A program made the position numbers and the translations under genes. A stretch of 64,000 nucleotides of DNA from a virus, in the IMG/VR virus record IMGVR_UViG_3300005613_000027, positions 23,112 through 87,111 of that record. One strand, written 5' to 3'. How positions within the stretch are numbered: position 1 is the stretch's first letter; each line of letters starts with the position of its first letter. Positions 49,139-58,075 of the stretch are shown here, in pieces. A model generated the notes under the pieces. The model did no database searches. It was not told the origin of the DNA and saw only the letters and a list, made by a program, of their open reading frames with translations.

Positions 49139-49606
49139 TTTGCATTTAAATAATGCAGCGCAACTGCATTGGTTATCTATTAATGCTGGAATTAGTTTTA
49201 TGGCTATATCTGCCATTTTTACTTTTTGTTCTATCAGAAATTCTTTATCCCTATCTTTGTTGACAAATTCTATGAAATGTTTGTGAACTTTAAATTGTGA
49301 GATTAATCTCTCAACATCCACTTTTTCCGTTTTCTTTGGCAGTTCTTTTCCTTTGAGGACTTCTTGGATGAATTTATCTACTATTTCGCCTATTTCTTTG
49401 CGAAACTCGGCTGTTTCTTGATAAGTGAGGTGTTCAGTCTCTGCTAGTCTAGTTATATAAGGATCAAGGTGTGTGGTTATTTTGCTAATAAAATCTTCTA
49501 TTAACCACTCATTATCTTCTTTTCTTACATGCTGCAGATCCGACTTAGCCCAGTTCATGACCATTCCTTTTAATGTGTTCAGTTCTTTTCTTACATTCTC
49601 TTTCAT
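49124..49606 (-). CDS. Hypothetical protein truncated by the IscB element (native C-terminus probably 47399..47241)
   Basis: Stop codon lies inside the element end; an open frame resumes on the far side. Confidence 0.55.
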   Translation of the reverse strand: MKENVRKELNTLKGMVMNWAKSDLQHVRKEDNEWLIEDFISKITTHLDPYITRLAETEHLTYQETAEFRKEIGEIVDKFIQEVLKGKELPKKTEKVDVERLISQFKVHKHFIEFVNKDRDKEFLIEQKVKMADIAIKLIPALIDNQCSCAALFKCKVNYH

Positions 49607-49821
49607 TTCTTTTCTCCTTTGGTTTTTTTGATTCTACCAAATGCATATTTATAGCCAGACAGCATGCCTAATACAGCTCCAATAGCAAAGATAACTATTA
49701 CTATAGGTTCTACTTTATACAATAGTATTAGTACTACTATAAATGCTAATCCTAGTATATGATGCGCCCAGGTTTTTTCAGTGCGCTTTATTTCTTTTTC
49801 TATAAATTTGTCTCTATTCAT
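49603..49821 (-). CDS. Small membrane protein with two TM helices
   Basis: Two hydrophobic helices. Confidence 0.55.
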   Translation of the reverse strand: MNRDKFIEKEIKRTEKTWAHHILGLAFIVVLILLYKVEPIVIVIFAIGAVLGMLSGYKYAFGRIKKTKGEKK

Positions 49822-50068
49822 TTTCCTTTGGTTTTCTTATTCCAAGCCACTTTCTAAATTTACCTTTCCACGATAGTTTTCTGTGAAATCTATAACTACT
49901 ATCTGTACATCTACCTATAATTGGAAATTTATATTTCACAAGGTCTTCTTGCCAATCAAAAGTTTTTCTTACGACATATACCATGGGATGGCCTCCTTGT
50001 GGATATTTTACTGGTATTAGGTGTTCTATTACTAAGATTCTACTACTACTATAAGCACTAATTTCCAT
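49814..50068 (-). CDS. Hypothetical protein, first gene of the leftward block
   Basis: 84-aa ORF overlapping the next gene's start. Confidence 0.4.
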   Translation of the reverse strand: MEISAYSSSRILVIEHLIPVKYPQGGHPMVYVVRKTFDWQEDLVKYKFPIIGRCTDSSYRFHRKLSWKGKFRKWLGIRKPKENE

Positions 50069-50345
50069 TTGTCAAGTCACAAATGCAACTTTTTTTGATT
50101 TTATTAGAAAACTATCATGGTCGTAATAAAAAATCACCACCAAAATATGGTGAGAGGGTACCAGTATATATAAGATGGTATTTATTTCGCTTTTGAGCTT
50201 TATAGCCCCCACCCCCTTACTTTTGAGGGTTAGGGAATTCACTTTTGAAAGGAGGATTTTTATGGAAGCATATATTTTGGCAATTATCTGGTTCATTTCC
50301 GACAAGGTACATGAACTGTTAAAGAAAATCTTTAAATGGGAGGTA
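50069..50345. promoter_or_regulatory. Divergent intergenic region at the coding-strand switch
   Basis: Genes to the left are on the minus strand and genes to the right on the plus strand. Confidence 0.6.
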
Positions 50346-50350
50346 ATAGC

Positions 50351-50737
50351 ATGAAAGCAAAAGATTGTGTTTATTTTGAAGTATGTTTGTATGGAAAATG
50401 TCCATGCAGATTGACAGACGAACCCAAAGACCAAGCTCTTTTTGACGCCGCTCAAATAGTCTTTGATTTATCTCTTAATCTAATCAAATCAGAAGATGTC
50501 GAAAGAACGATTGCGCGAGAAAGTATTACTTATACACTATTGAAAGGTATTATTACTGATGCACAGGCAGTTCAATTGACAAGGGATTTGTATACAAAGT
50601 GTGATGAGTGTGTGCACTCCAATCCTAACCCTATCGGTTGCAAACTTGGATATGAAATGGAACCTTTTTGTTGTACCTTCATTCCTTATCCAAAACAATC
50701 CAAGGTTGAAAATTTCGTATGTGAAGGAAGGAGGTAA
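50351..50737 (+). CDS. Cys-rich hypothetical early protein
   Basis: GGGAGGT RBS before MKAKDC. Confidence 0.55.
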   Translation: MKAKDCVYFEVCLYGKCPCRLTDEPKDQALFDAAQIVFDLSLNLIKSEDVERTIARESITYTLLKGIITDAQAVQLTRDLYTKCDECVHSNPNPIGCKLGYEMEPFCCTFIPYPKQSKVENFVCEGRR

Positions 50738-50741
50738 TATC

Positions 50742-50960
50742 ATGACAAACTATATCGAAAGAAAAAGGAGGTTTGACGCCAGAAAACGCAACATTCTGGC
50801 CCAGGTAGCAAGTAAACAGATTAGTGTTGATCAAGGGTTTGGCGACCTGATGGCCTGGGCTAATACCAATCATACCTATGGCGCCAACTGTCCGGTATGT
50901 GAGGGACTGTGTTGTAAAACTAAAAATAGAAAATTTAATTACTCTATAGAAGGGAGGTGA
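50742..50960 (+). CDS. Hypothetical protein (start MTNYIER)
   Basis: AAGGAGGT RBS; CPVC. Confidence 0.5.
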   Translation: MTNYIERKRRFDARKRNILAQVASKQISVDQGFGDLMAWANTNHTYGANCPVCEGLCCKTKNRKFNYSIEGR

Positions 50961-50966
50961 TACCTA

Positions 50967-51254
50967 ATGGCTGAAACACTGGCACTGTTGTTTGTGCTCT
51001 TCATGTTCCTACCTCTTATAAGCATTGTGGCAGTACCAGGAATAAAGTTAATTGGTGGATTTTTCCACGTTTCACTTTTGTTTATTTCTGTCTGTGCTAT
51101 AATAGGTATAACAATTCATTTGGTTGAAACCAAGATTACACCAGAAATGCATTACATCAGTGGTTTAAAGAGGACAAGAGATAAGTTAAAACTGGAAAGA
51201 GATCTGTTGTTTCTTAAACATGAAGTAAACAAATTAAAAGGAGGTGATAATTAA
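50967..51254 (+). CDS. Membrane protein with two TM helices
   Basis: GGAGGTGA RBS; hydrophobic N-terminal half. Confidence 0.55.
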   Translation: MAETLALLFVLFMFLPLISIVAVPGIKLIGGFFHVSLLFISVCAIIGITIHLVETKITPEMHYISGLKRTRDKLKLERDLLFLKHEVNKLKGGDN

Positions 51255-51320
51255 CATTGGTGGTTCTTTTGTTGGATTTTAAACTTGAAACAAACAAATT
51301 TAAGTTAAAAGGAGAAAAAC

Positions 51321-51728
51321 ATGTACACGCACAAATTCACATGGTCTAATGACAATGAACACTTTTATGTAATATCAGGCGCTGTAGAAACGCGGACTTT
51401 CCTGGGTATAGTCTGCAATTCTGAATTTTGCAAAATCGTGGCTGAAGGTCTGATTGGGCCGGACGGCATAATTTGGTGTAAAGAAGACAAATTCACGCAG
51501 CTTCTATCTGATTTGAATATACTGGCTACATGCGCTTGCTATAACGCCAAAAACTCGGCGGAAATGCAGTTGGCACTTAAACAGCTTGCTTGGGAATTTG
51601 CTGAGAAATGCCTGAAACCAGGTATAACAAAATACATTACTGACGACGAGGTTAATATTATTGCAGAAACTGTTTCTCAAGTTAATGATAAACTGTTAAT
51701 GTTGAAAATGCTACTGGAGGTGCTGTAG
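51321..51728 (+). CDS. Hypothetical protein
   Basis: AAGGAG RBS. Confidence 0.55.
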   Translation: MYTHKFTWSNDNEHFYVISGAVETRTFLGIVCNSEFCKIVAEGLIGPDGIIWCKEDKFTQLLSDLNILATCACYNAKNSAEMQLALKQLAWEFAEKCLKPGITKYITDDEVNIIAETVSQVNDKLLMLKMLLEVL

Positions 51729-51807
51729 GAGCGATCGAACGGCTTCCTAATATCAAAATAGAGAAGCCAAGTCTATAATACTAATTAGTTAAAGGAGGTG
51801 ATAACAC

Positions 51808-51996
51808 ATGGGATTTCAACTTGGAGAATACGGGGGTTATGTATATGATTCGCATTTGGCCGAAGGTGAACCTCTGATAGATCAGGGAGATGGTGTATCG
51901 CACAGCGTCGACACTGAACTTGAAGATATAATAAATGATGTGGATTGCACCTTAGACGGAATCCCTGCAGATTGGGAAGACCCAATCTTTGAATAA
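51808..51996 (+). CDS. Small very acidic protein
   Basis: AAAGGAGGTGAT RBS; many D/E and no K/R. Confidence 0.6.
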   Translation: MGFQLGEYGGYVYDSHLAEGEPLIDQGDGVSHSVDTELEDIINDVDCTLDGIPADWEDPIFE

Positions 51997-52004
51997 CCTT
52001 TAAC

Positions 52005-52038
52005 CAGAACCCCCCAATCTAACGATTGGGGGTTTCTG
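52005..52038 (+). terminator. Strong hairpin (terminator-like)
   Basis: CAGAACCCCCCAATC-TAAC-GATTGGGGGTTTCTG. Confidence 0.6.
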
Positions 52039-52103
52039 ACATATTATTCTTAATGAATCGTATGTTTGAAATCCCTAATAATTAAATGAAAGGAGGTAAT
52101 ATT

Positions 52104-52607
52104 ATGACTGTTGAAAGAAAAGAACCAGACGAATTAACTCATGGAGGATTCAAATTCCGTAACTGGGGTATTGACTCTATCAGTCCAAACGTTATAGCCA
52201 ATTTCTGTTCTGGTTTAGATAAGGACAAATTTGACCGAATAGACATGATGGGGGATACCGAACCTGAGGATACAATTGTAATAACATATTCAGAATCAAT
52301 CACTAAGTTCTTAACTGGTGATGTTTGGCAATCAGAAAGTAGATACGATACTGTTGTTTGGTTGTACCCCACAACTAAAGCATGGACATGCTCACTGTTC
52401 ATTTACTTAGACAGCGGTGATCCCATTGTCCATAAATTCATAGACTCACAGGATGAGAACAAGTATGAACCACCTAACTGGTTGCGTATGGATTATCAAA
52501 AGTTAAGAATGATAGATTTCGTTCGCTGGAGTGGGTGGGCTATGTCAGAAGTGTTTGAGGAGATAGCTAAAAACATTAGATATGCTCTAATGTATGAAAG
52601 GAGGTGA
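52104..52607 (+). CDS. Hypothetical protein (start MTVER)
   Basis: AAAGGAGGT RBS. Confidence 0.55.
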   Translation: MTVERKEPDELTHGGFKFRNWGIDSISPNVIANFCSGLDKDKFDRIDMMGDTEPEDTIVITYSESITKFLTGDVWQSESRYDTVVWLYPTTKAWTCSLFIYLDSGDPIVHKFIDSQDENKYEPPNWLRMDYQKLRMIDFVRWSGWAMSEVFEEIAKNIRYALMYERR

Positions 52608-52611
52608 TATC

Positions 52612-52905
52612 GTGAGTACTCAACAACAACCGGAAGCCGCGCCACTACAATGTTTTGAATGTGGTGCCGAAGTAAAACGTCTGCCAGGTACACCTGAGGA
52701 CATGGAAGAAAGTATGTGTCCTGCGTGTATCAAGAAGTTCCCATTAGCTATGTGTCATGGGTGTCCTGCTGAACGTCAGACAAAAGAAGTGGTAGGCGCA
52801 CACTTTGTCTGTGATAACATGGATTGTCCAAACGGTCTTAAAGAATTGGATAAAACATGCCATGACCGTAAAAATTGGCTCTTTCATGATGGCACACTAC
52901 GTTAA
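52612..52905 (+). CDS. Cys-rich zinc-binding protein (GTG start)
   Basis: AAAGGAGGTGAT RBS; CFEC, CPAC and CHGC. Confidence 0.55.
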   Translation: MSTQQQPEAAPLQCFECGAEVKRLPGTPEDMEESMCPACIKKFPLAMCHGCPAERQTKEVVGAHFVCDNMDCPNGLKELDKTCHDRKNWLFHDGTLR

Positions 52906-52935
52906 GGAAGGGAGGTGATAACTATCAAATAATCA

Positions 52936-53118
52936 GGTAGGAAAGAGCAGGGGTCAATGGGATTGGGATCCGAACCGGCCCCTGCTCCCACCTGTTCTGT
53001 ACACAAACCATTCGTAGGAGTGGGAAGCGGCACTCACGGTCTACCCAGGTTTGTGTGCAGTACAGGTGGTTGATACCATCTAGCGTAATTCTGCCCGCTA
53101 TAAGCAGAAACAACTACT
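52936..53118 (+). ncRNA. Unassigned structured RNA candidate (two long stems plus H-type pseudoknot)
   Basis: Stems 52945-55/52977-87 and 52988-53009/53048-69; TAGCG/CGCTA crossing TTCTGC/GCAGAA. Confidence 0.55.
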
Positions 53119-53159
53119 TCCAAGGAGGTGTTATTATGGATGATACCACCTCGCTAAGC

Positions 53160-53244
53160 TAACATGGCAAACCCATCGTAAGGTGGGGGCGCAAAGCCAC
53201 GGGGGCCCGCCGCACTCACTGGGTAGGGGCTAGCCGGGTTGTTA
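53160..53244 (+). promoter_or_regulatory. Cyclic-di-GMP-I (GEMM) riboswitch aptamer
   Basis: GGCAAACCCATC-GTAA-GGTGGG-GGCGCAAAGCCACGGG...TAGCCGGGTTG matches the GEMM consensus; G at the position equivalent to Vc2 G20. Confidence 0.8.
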
Positions 53245-53391
53245 TTCATGATCACAGGCAATCATATATGTGAGTCTATTCCTTATCATGATCTCTAAAT
53301 TGCCAAAAGGAATTGTGATTATGCTGCCGCTTAGCGAACGGAAGACAAGGGTAGTTAGGACAAATAAACTCCTAACCAATAGAGCCACTCT

Positions 53392-53445
53392 GTGGAGTAC
53401 CACGCACACTGTGGAGGACTACCCACAACGTGGAGGACTACCCAC
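53392..53445 (+). repeat. GTGG..CCAC mini-hairpin repeats (16-bp direct repeat at 53411 and 53430; shorter variant at 53392)
   Basis: GTGGAGGACTACCCAC twice and GTGGAGTACCAC. Confidence 0.85.
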
Positions 53446-53542
53446 TGAGCGGATAGGGGAGGACAGGATTACATGAACCGTTTTCCTTATATAAGAACTG
53501 CATTTTAAAGTACAACTTTATGAGAACTAAGGAGGTGATATC

Positions 53543-53728
53543 ATGGCAGGATTAGTAGAAATGGCCACTCCCAATGGATGGTTATCTACATCAGAAGAAC
53601 AAGAACAAAGTGGATTTAAGTTTGTTAAGAACCACCAGGTACTGGCTTCTGATGTTAGAAAAACTAAGAAAAAGAAAAAGAAACGTAGAAAAATTGTTGC
53701 ACGATCACGTGCACGTAATCGCAAGTAA
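53543..53728 (+). CDS. Small protein with very basic C-terminal tail
   Basis: AAGGAGGTGAT RBS; RKTKKKKKKRRKIVARSRARNRK. Confidence 0.6.
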   Translation: MAGLVEMATPNGWLSTSEEQEQSGFKFVKNHQVLASDVRKTKKKKKKRRKIVARSRARNRK

Positions 53729-53742
53729 AGGAGGACAAGACA

Positions 53743-54102
53743 GTGAGCCCTAATATTATCGTAATCAACAAATGGCACGGAGGGTTGCCCAATCTATATC
53801 AAAACCTCAATGATAAGGTGATATACCATATCATGAAGAGCGAGGGCAGTATACTGGGCAACACAAACTACAATTCCAAGGATATGACACTTACTGAGAA
53901 CCTTGCTGCTTACGACAAGTGGCTCTGGGAAGAGGTCAAAGCACAGGGCGAGGTGTACAACCTGCTGTGCAGCATGGTAAGCAAGTTCAACAAAGGTAAA
54001 TCTATCTACCTGGTGTGTGTATGCAAGCCCAAGCCCTGCCATGGGGACAGTGTAGCTAAGTGTTTAATTTGGATGTTGCAAAAACAGATATGTGTCGGCT
54101 AA
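53743..54102 (+). CDS. DUF4326-like protein
   Basis: GSILGN...YDKWL...LVCVCKPKPCHGD. Confidence 0.75.
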   Translation: MSPNIIVINKWHGGLPNLYQNLNDKVIYHIMKSEGSILGNTNYNSKDMTLTENLAAYDKWLWEEVKAQGEVYNLLCSMVSKFNKGKSIYLVCVCKPKPCHGDSVAKCLIWMLQKQICVG

Positions 54103-54115
54103 AGGAGGTGATACC

Positions 54116-54358
54116 ATGCCGAACAAACAACCGTTTATAACAACCTACCTGGCATGTGTTGGGTGGAAGGCACAACTGATTGTATGGAATGAAGATGAGC
54201 AGATCTGGGAGCCTTGGCAGACCAGTTTCTTTGCTTATGGAACGGAAGAAGAGGCTGAATGCTACGGTGTAAGCTGGGCAGAAGCCGAGGGAATTGAATT
54301 TCAATACAGAAATAAGGAACGGAAGGAGGTGAATTCACAATGTATTATACTGGCGTAG
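54116..54358 (+). CDS. Hypothetical protein (start MPNKQ)
   Basis: AAAGGAGGTGAT RBS. Confidence 0.55.
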   Translation: MPNKQPFITTYLACVGWKAQLIVWNEDEQIWEPWQTSFFAYGTEEEAECYGVSWAEAEGIEFQYRNKERKEVNSQCIILA

Positions 54359-54939
54359 GAGCAAGGGCAACTCCTGCTCACATACTGCAGCTTATGACAC
54401 AGATTGCAGTTAAACTTGCTGCTTTAGGGTGGACTCTACGCTCAGGTGGTGCAGCAGGAGCAGACTTGGCATTTGAACAAGGTGCTACATTAAAGCAAAT
54501 CTTCCATGCTAATATGGCCACTGAACAGGCTATGGCCATAGCGGCGGCATTCCACCCTGCATGGAACAAGATGGGGTCTTATGCTCAAAAACTTCATGGA
54601 AGGAATGCTTTTCAAGTGCTTGGACCATCACTATGCGAGCCATCGACGTTCTTGGTGTGCTGGACACCTGATGGATGCCCTGCATGGAACAAGATGGGGT
54701 CTTATGCTCAAAAACTTCATGGAAGGAATGCTTTTCAAGTGCTTGGACCATCACTATGCGAGCCATCGACGTTCTTGGTGTGCTGGACACCTGATGGATG
54801 CAAATCTCACGCCACCAGAACACGCGCTACTGGCGGCACTGGTACTGCTATATCCATCGCTTCACATTATCGTTTGTCAATAAACAATTTGGCAAATACT
54901 GAAACCTTCAACATATGGACAGCTTGGCTGCAAAGATAA
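54340..54939 (+). CDS. SLOG-superfamily (DprA-like) protein with an in-frame 41-aa duplication
   Basis: YTGVGARATP; LRSGGAAGAD; RNAFQVLG; GGTGTAI. Confidence 0.75.
   Translation: MYYTGVGARATPAHILQLMTQIAVKLAALGWTLRSGGAAGADLAFEQGATLKQIFHANMATEQAMAIAAAFHPAWNKMGSYAQKLHGRNAFQVLGPSLCEPSTFLVCWTPDGCPAWNKMGSYAQKLHGRNAFQVLGPSLCEPSTFLVCWTPDGCKSHATRTRATGGTGTAISIASHYRLSINNLANTETFNIWTAWLQR
54556..54801. repeat. Exact 123-bp tandem duplication
   Basis: Unit encodes PAWNKMGSYAQKLHGRNAFQVLGPSLCEPSTFLVCWTPDGC, present twice. Confidence 0.95.
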
Positions 54940-55018
54940 AGAAAGGAGGTGGTACCGTTAGAGAAGATGGATTATGTCCTATATGCATGCTACCTATAGA
55001 CAAAAAGGAGGTGTACAA

Positions 55019-55330
55019 TTGGCTGAAAAGAAAAAGAAAACCATCCAAGGCGTGGCGTTCAGATGTCATGCGTGTGGACAAGTGTTCATTGCAGGCTCAT
55101 TGGGTATAGAACCCCTAACCAAACGTGTGGCACAACATGCTCACGATAACGGACACTTGGACATACCGCCTATCAATCCGCCTAAGGGTATGTGTTATGA
55201 AAATCTGACAGGTACAACCCTGGTAGGTGCGCCGTTCGATGGTAAGGACAAGGATCAGTGGCTAAAGCAGATTAAATCATTGGCTGCTGCACATGGTGGT
55301 ATCAGACCAGCATGGAAACTTAAACTCTAA
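55019..55330 (+). CDS. Hypothetical protein with C2H2-like motif (TTG start)
   Basis: AAGGAGGTG RBS; CHAC...HAHDNGH. Confidence 0.5.
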   Translation: MAEKKKKTIQGVAFRCHACGQVFIAGSLGIEPLTKRVAQHAHDNGHLDIPPINPPKGMCYENLTGTTLVGAPFDGKDKDQWLKQIKSLAAAHGGIRPAWKLKL

Positions 55331-55368
55331 TCAAACGGGTGGTAGGGAGGGAAAGAAGGAGGTAATTT

Positions 55369-57486
55369 ATGTATAATAGAACTAATTGGATATTTGACCA
55401 CGAACTGGCGGGTACTCAAAAGTACTTTTATGACCCTGAATATATACCGCCTCTAAGGAAACCACACAACCCCAAGGTGTTGGAACTACCTCCACCTAAA
55501 CGCTTCTTAAAGGAGGGCAGTGCATGGTTCACTTCTCCTGATACTCACTATATGTTCATTCCACCAACACCTAATCCAAAAGAAAATAACAAGTACAATG
55601 TCAATGTGGTTGTGCATAAAATCAGAATAAAACCTGATAGAATTCAACTAATACGTATTATGTTCTACTTCCTTAGGGAAAAGGATATAATGGCTGAGAA
55701 ACGCAGTGGATACAAAGTGCTTTCATATATCATACCAAAACAAGCATTGTACAGTATTGAAACAGAGAAAAAGCTTGTTGGTAAGAAGGTCAAATTCATG
55801 AAAAATATAAAAAGAATATCCCTGTGCTACGATCACATAGTAAATTTAAATGTATGGCCTATCCAGTTCTTGACAAGATGGTTAACTGCTATGTATAATG
55901 CTGTTAAAGCAGACATTCCAGATGTGAAGTGTGAGTGTTATGGTGCGAAAAAGACTATCATTTCGTTGATGCTGCAGCACAGGGTAGGTAAATCTATACC
56001 TGGACTGAATGATCAACTTATTAATAACCTATGCACACTCACACGGTGTAAATATACAGCAGAATTAGCTATGATAGAATCACCTTATAAAGGTGATCCA
56101 TCAGTAGATATAACAAAAGATATAGCAAAATATGTAGCAAAAACAAATAAAAACTTGCGAAGACGAACTGTATACAAATTCATACCTACATTAAAACAGA
56201 CTGGGTCTACGAATAAAGGATTACAAGTCATGCTCAATCAGTATTCTAACAAATCTTTAATTAAAATCATCAATAAAATGCATCTGGATATGATTGTACC
56301 AGATGATACGGCTATATTCATAAGTAAATTCAATAATATACCTAAATCATTAAAACATTGGATATCACATCTTCTCAATGAAAATACAGATGATGCAAAT
56401 CAGATGATTAAAGATATCATAATCCAAACAGTACAGATGTTAAAGGATGATAAGCCACCACATATCGTTTCTAATTGGATTACTACCATGAAACGGTTGA
56501 ATGCAGTGATTTTATGGCGCATTTGGGAAGATCTGTACAGAATATCCGAAATATTACTGATAAGAATTAGACCAGCACAGTTTATGACAATAGAAGATAT
56601 TATCAATGAGCATGATATGTATGCCGAACGGATGAGAAACACAAAGGTATTTGTTGCAGGAGTACCTGAGAATAAATATAGGTTTGTTAAAGTAGATCAT
56701 CCAAAAGTACTTACAGATAATGATGGTGCACCTGTTAGAGAGTGGTTTATTATACAGATACTATCATATAGAAAATTAAGATACGAACAAATAATTATGG
56801 GTCATTGTGTAGACACATATGGCGGTAAATGCATGCTAGGAAATTCCATTATATTTTCTATACGAGATAGGCGGGGCAACCACCTGTTCACTGCTGAATA
56901 TGATAAAAACTTTAAATTCATACAAGCAGAAGGACCAGTTGGGAAAGATAGAAAACGCACATTCCCAAATAGTATTCATATTGAAAAGTTCTTTGTGCCG
57001 CTTGGTAATCTAATTAGTTTGAAGGAGATTAAGAAACCCTTAGATTATAAATGGAGAGTATCGGCCAACACAACTCTTATCAAATTGAAATGGGAATTGC
57101 AGATGCTGCAAAACTCAGACAATTTACCTGAAAATATTGAAATCATAGCTGTGAATAAGATTGAGTCGGATATTAAACAACACATTAAAGACATTGCTAT
57201 TATGGAAGATGTGAATGAAATGATATTAAGAAATGATGAACCTGCCACCATACTGAGAAAAATGGAGCAGGTGAATTTTAACAGGACAGTAGTTAATCAA
57301 AAACTAAAAAATAGAATGCCTGGAAGGGCCCCACAACGAAGAGATAGAGTTGATGAAGAAGTTGATGAAGAAATTGATTTTATAGGAGGTCCACCTGTTG
57401 CTGTTCCTCAACCTGTTGATGGTCCTCAACCTGTTAATGTATTACTTGGCGTTCATCCTAGACATATAATACATCCTATACAATAA
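55369..57486 (+). CDS. PcfJ-like domain protein
   Basis: LRYEQIIMGHCVDTY...SIIFSIR...TAEY...IQAEG. Confidence 0.7.
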   Translation: MYNRTNWIFDHELAGTQKYFYDPEYIPPLRKPHNPKVLELPPPKRFLKEGSAWFTSPDTHYMFIPPTPNPKENNKYNVNVVVHKIRIKPDRIQLIRIMFYFLREKDIMAEKRSGYKVLSYIIPKQALYSIETEKKLVGKKVKFMKNIKRISLCYDHIVNLNVWPIQFLTRWLTAMYNAVKADIPDVKCECYGAKKTIISLMLQHRVGKSIPGLNDQLINNLCTLTRCKYTAELAMIESPYKGDPSVDITKDIAKYVAKTNKNLRRRTVYKFIPTLKQTGSTNKGLQVMLNQYSNKSLIKIINKMHLDMIVPDDTAIFISKFNNIPKSLKHWISHLLNENTDDANQMIKDIIIQTVQMLKDDKPPHIVSNWITTMKRLNAVILWRIWEDLYRISEILLIRIRPAQFMTIEDIINEHDMYAERMRNTKVFVAGVPENKYRFVKVDHPKVLTDNDGAPVREWFIIQILSYRKLRYEQIIMGHCVDTYGGKCMLGNSIIFSIRDRRGNHLFTAEYDKNFKFIQAEGPVGKDRKRTFPNSIHIEKFFVPLGNLISLKEIKKPLDYKWRVSANTTLIKLKWELQMLQNSDNLPENIEIIAVNKIESDIKQHIKDIAIMEDVNEMILRNDEPATILRKMEQVNFNRTVVNQKLKNRMPGRAPQRRDRVDEEVDEEIDFIGGPPVAVPQPVDGPQPVNVLLGVHPRHIIHPIQ

Positions 57487-57527
57487 TACAATAATAATAT
57501 TTTATTTTAAAGAAGGAGGACAAACCA

Positions 57528-58040
57528 ATGGAAAAAATTAAAGATCGTATAGTATTTCTTGGGTTTACTGATGATGGGACAGTAAGCGTGTCAATTAACG
57601 GCCAAGAGTTTTTGTATACAGGTGTAGACATCACTGTTTACAAAAAGAGATCTAATACCTATCGGTACAAACCAGGTAAACTTTTGAACTGGTTGGCAAA
57701 GAATTCCGGTGAATACAGTAAATTGGTAAGTAAAACATTAAAAACCAACAAAAGCCTCGGGAGGCCCTCTGCAAGTGAGTACAGGGCCAAACGGGATGAG
57801 GAATTGAAAAATAGACCTGTTATGATTAAATCGTTCCTCAACATCTGTAAGGCGCAAGGGTATTCACCACACAACAATCACAAATCTCTTATTATTGTAA
57901 AATGTCCTATGTGCAAACGTATGTCTGTAGTCAGAGCGCGCAGAGGAAACAAGATGGCATTTGTTTGTCTGCACAAGTACAACCCGGTAAGCAATAACAG
58001 GTGCAGATACAAAGCATCCAAGCTTATTAAACCCGTATAA
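57528..58040 (+). CDS. Basic hypothetical protein with C-terminal zinc ribbon
   Basis: CPMC...FVC...C. Confidence 0.55.
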   Translation: MEKIKDRIVFLGFTDDGTVSVSINGQEFLYTGVDITVYKKRSNTYRYKPGKLLNWLAKNSGEYSKLVSKTLKTNKSLGRPSASEYRAKRDEELKNRPVMIKSFLNICKAQGYSPHNNHKSLIIVKCPMCKRMSVVRARRGNKMAFVCLHKYNPVSNNRCRYKASKLIKPV

Positions 58041-58075
58041 CTGGCAGCCGGGGGTAAAACCCCGGCAAAGGAGGT

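Noticed and set aside
147-50455. Plus-strand ORFs in the left block (for example 8258..8485, 27151..27462, 44052..44327)
   Set aside because: Antisense shadows of minus-strand genes; 44052..44327 is the reverse complement of MPYKISG copy 6.
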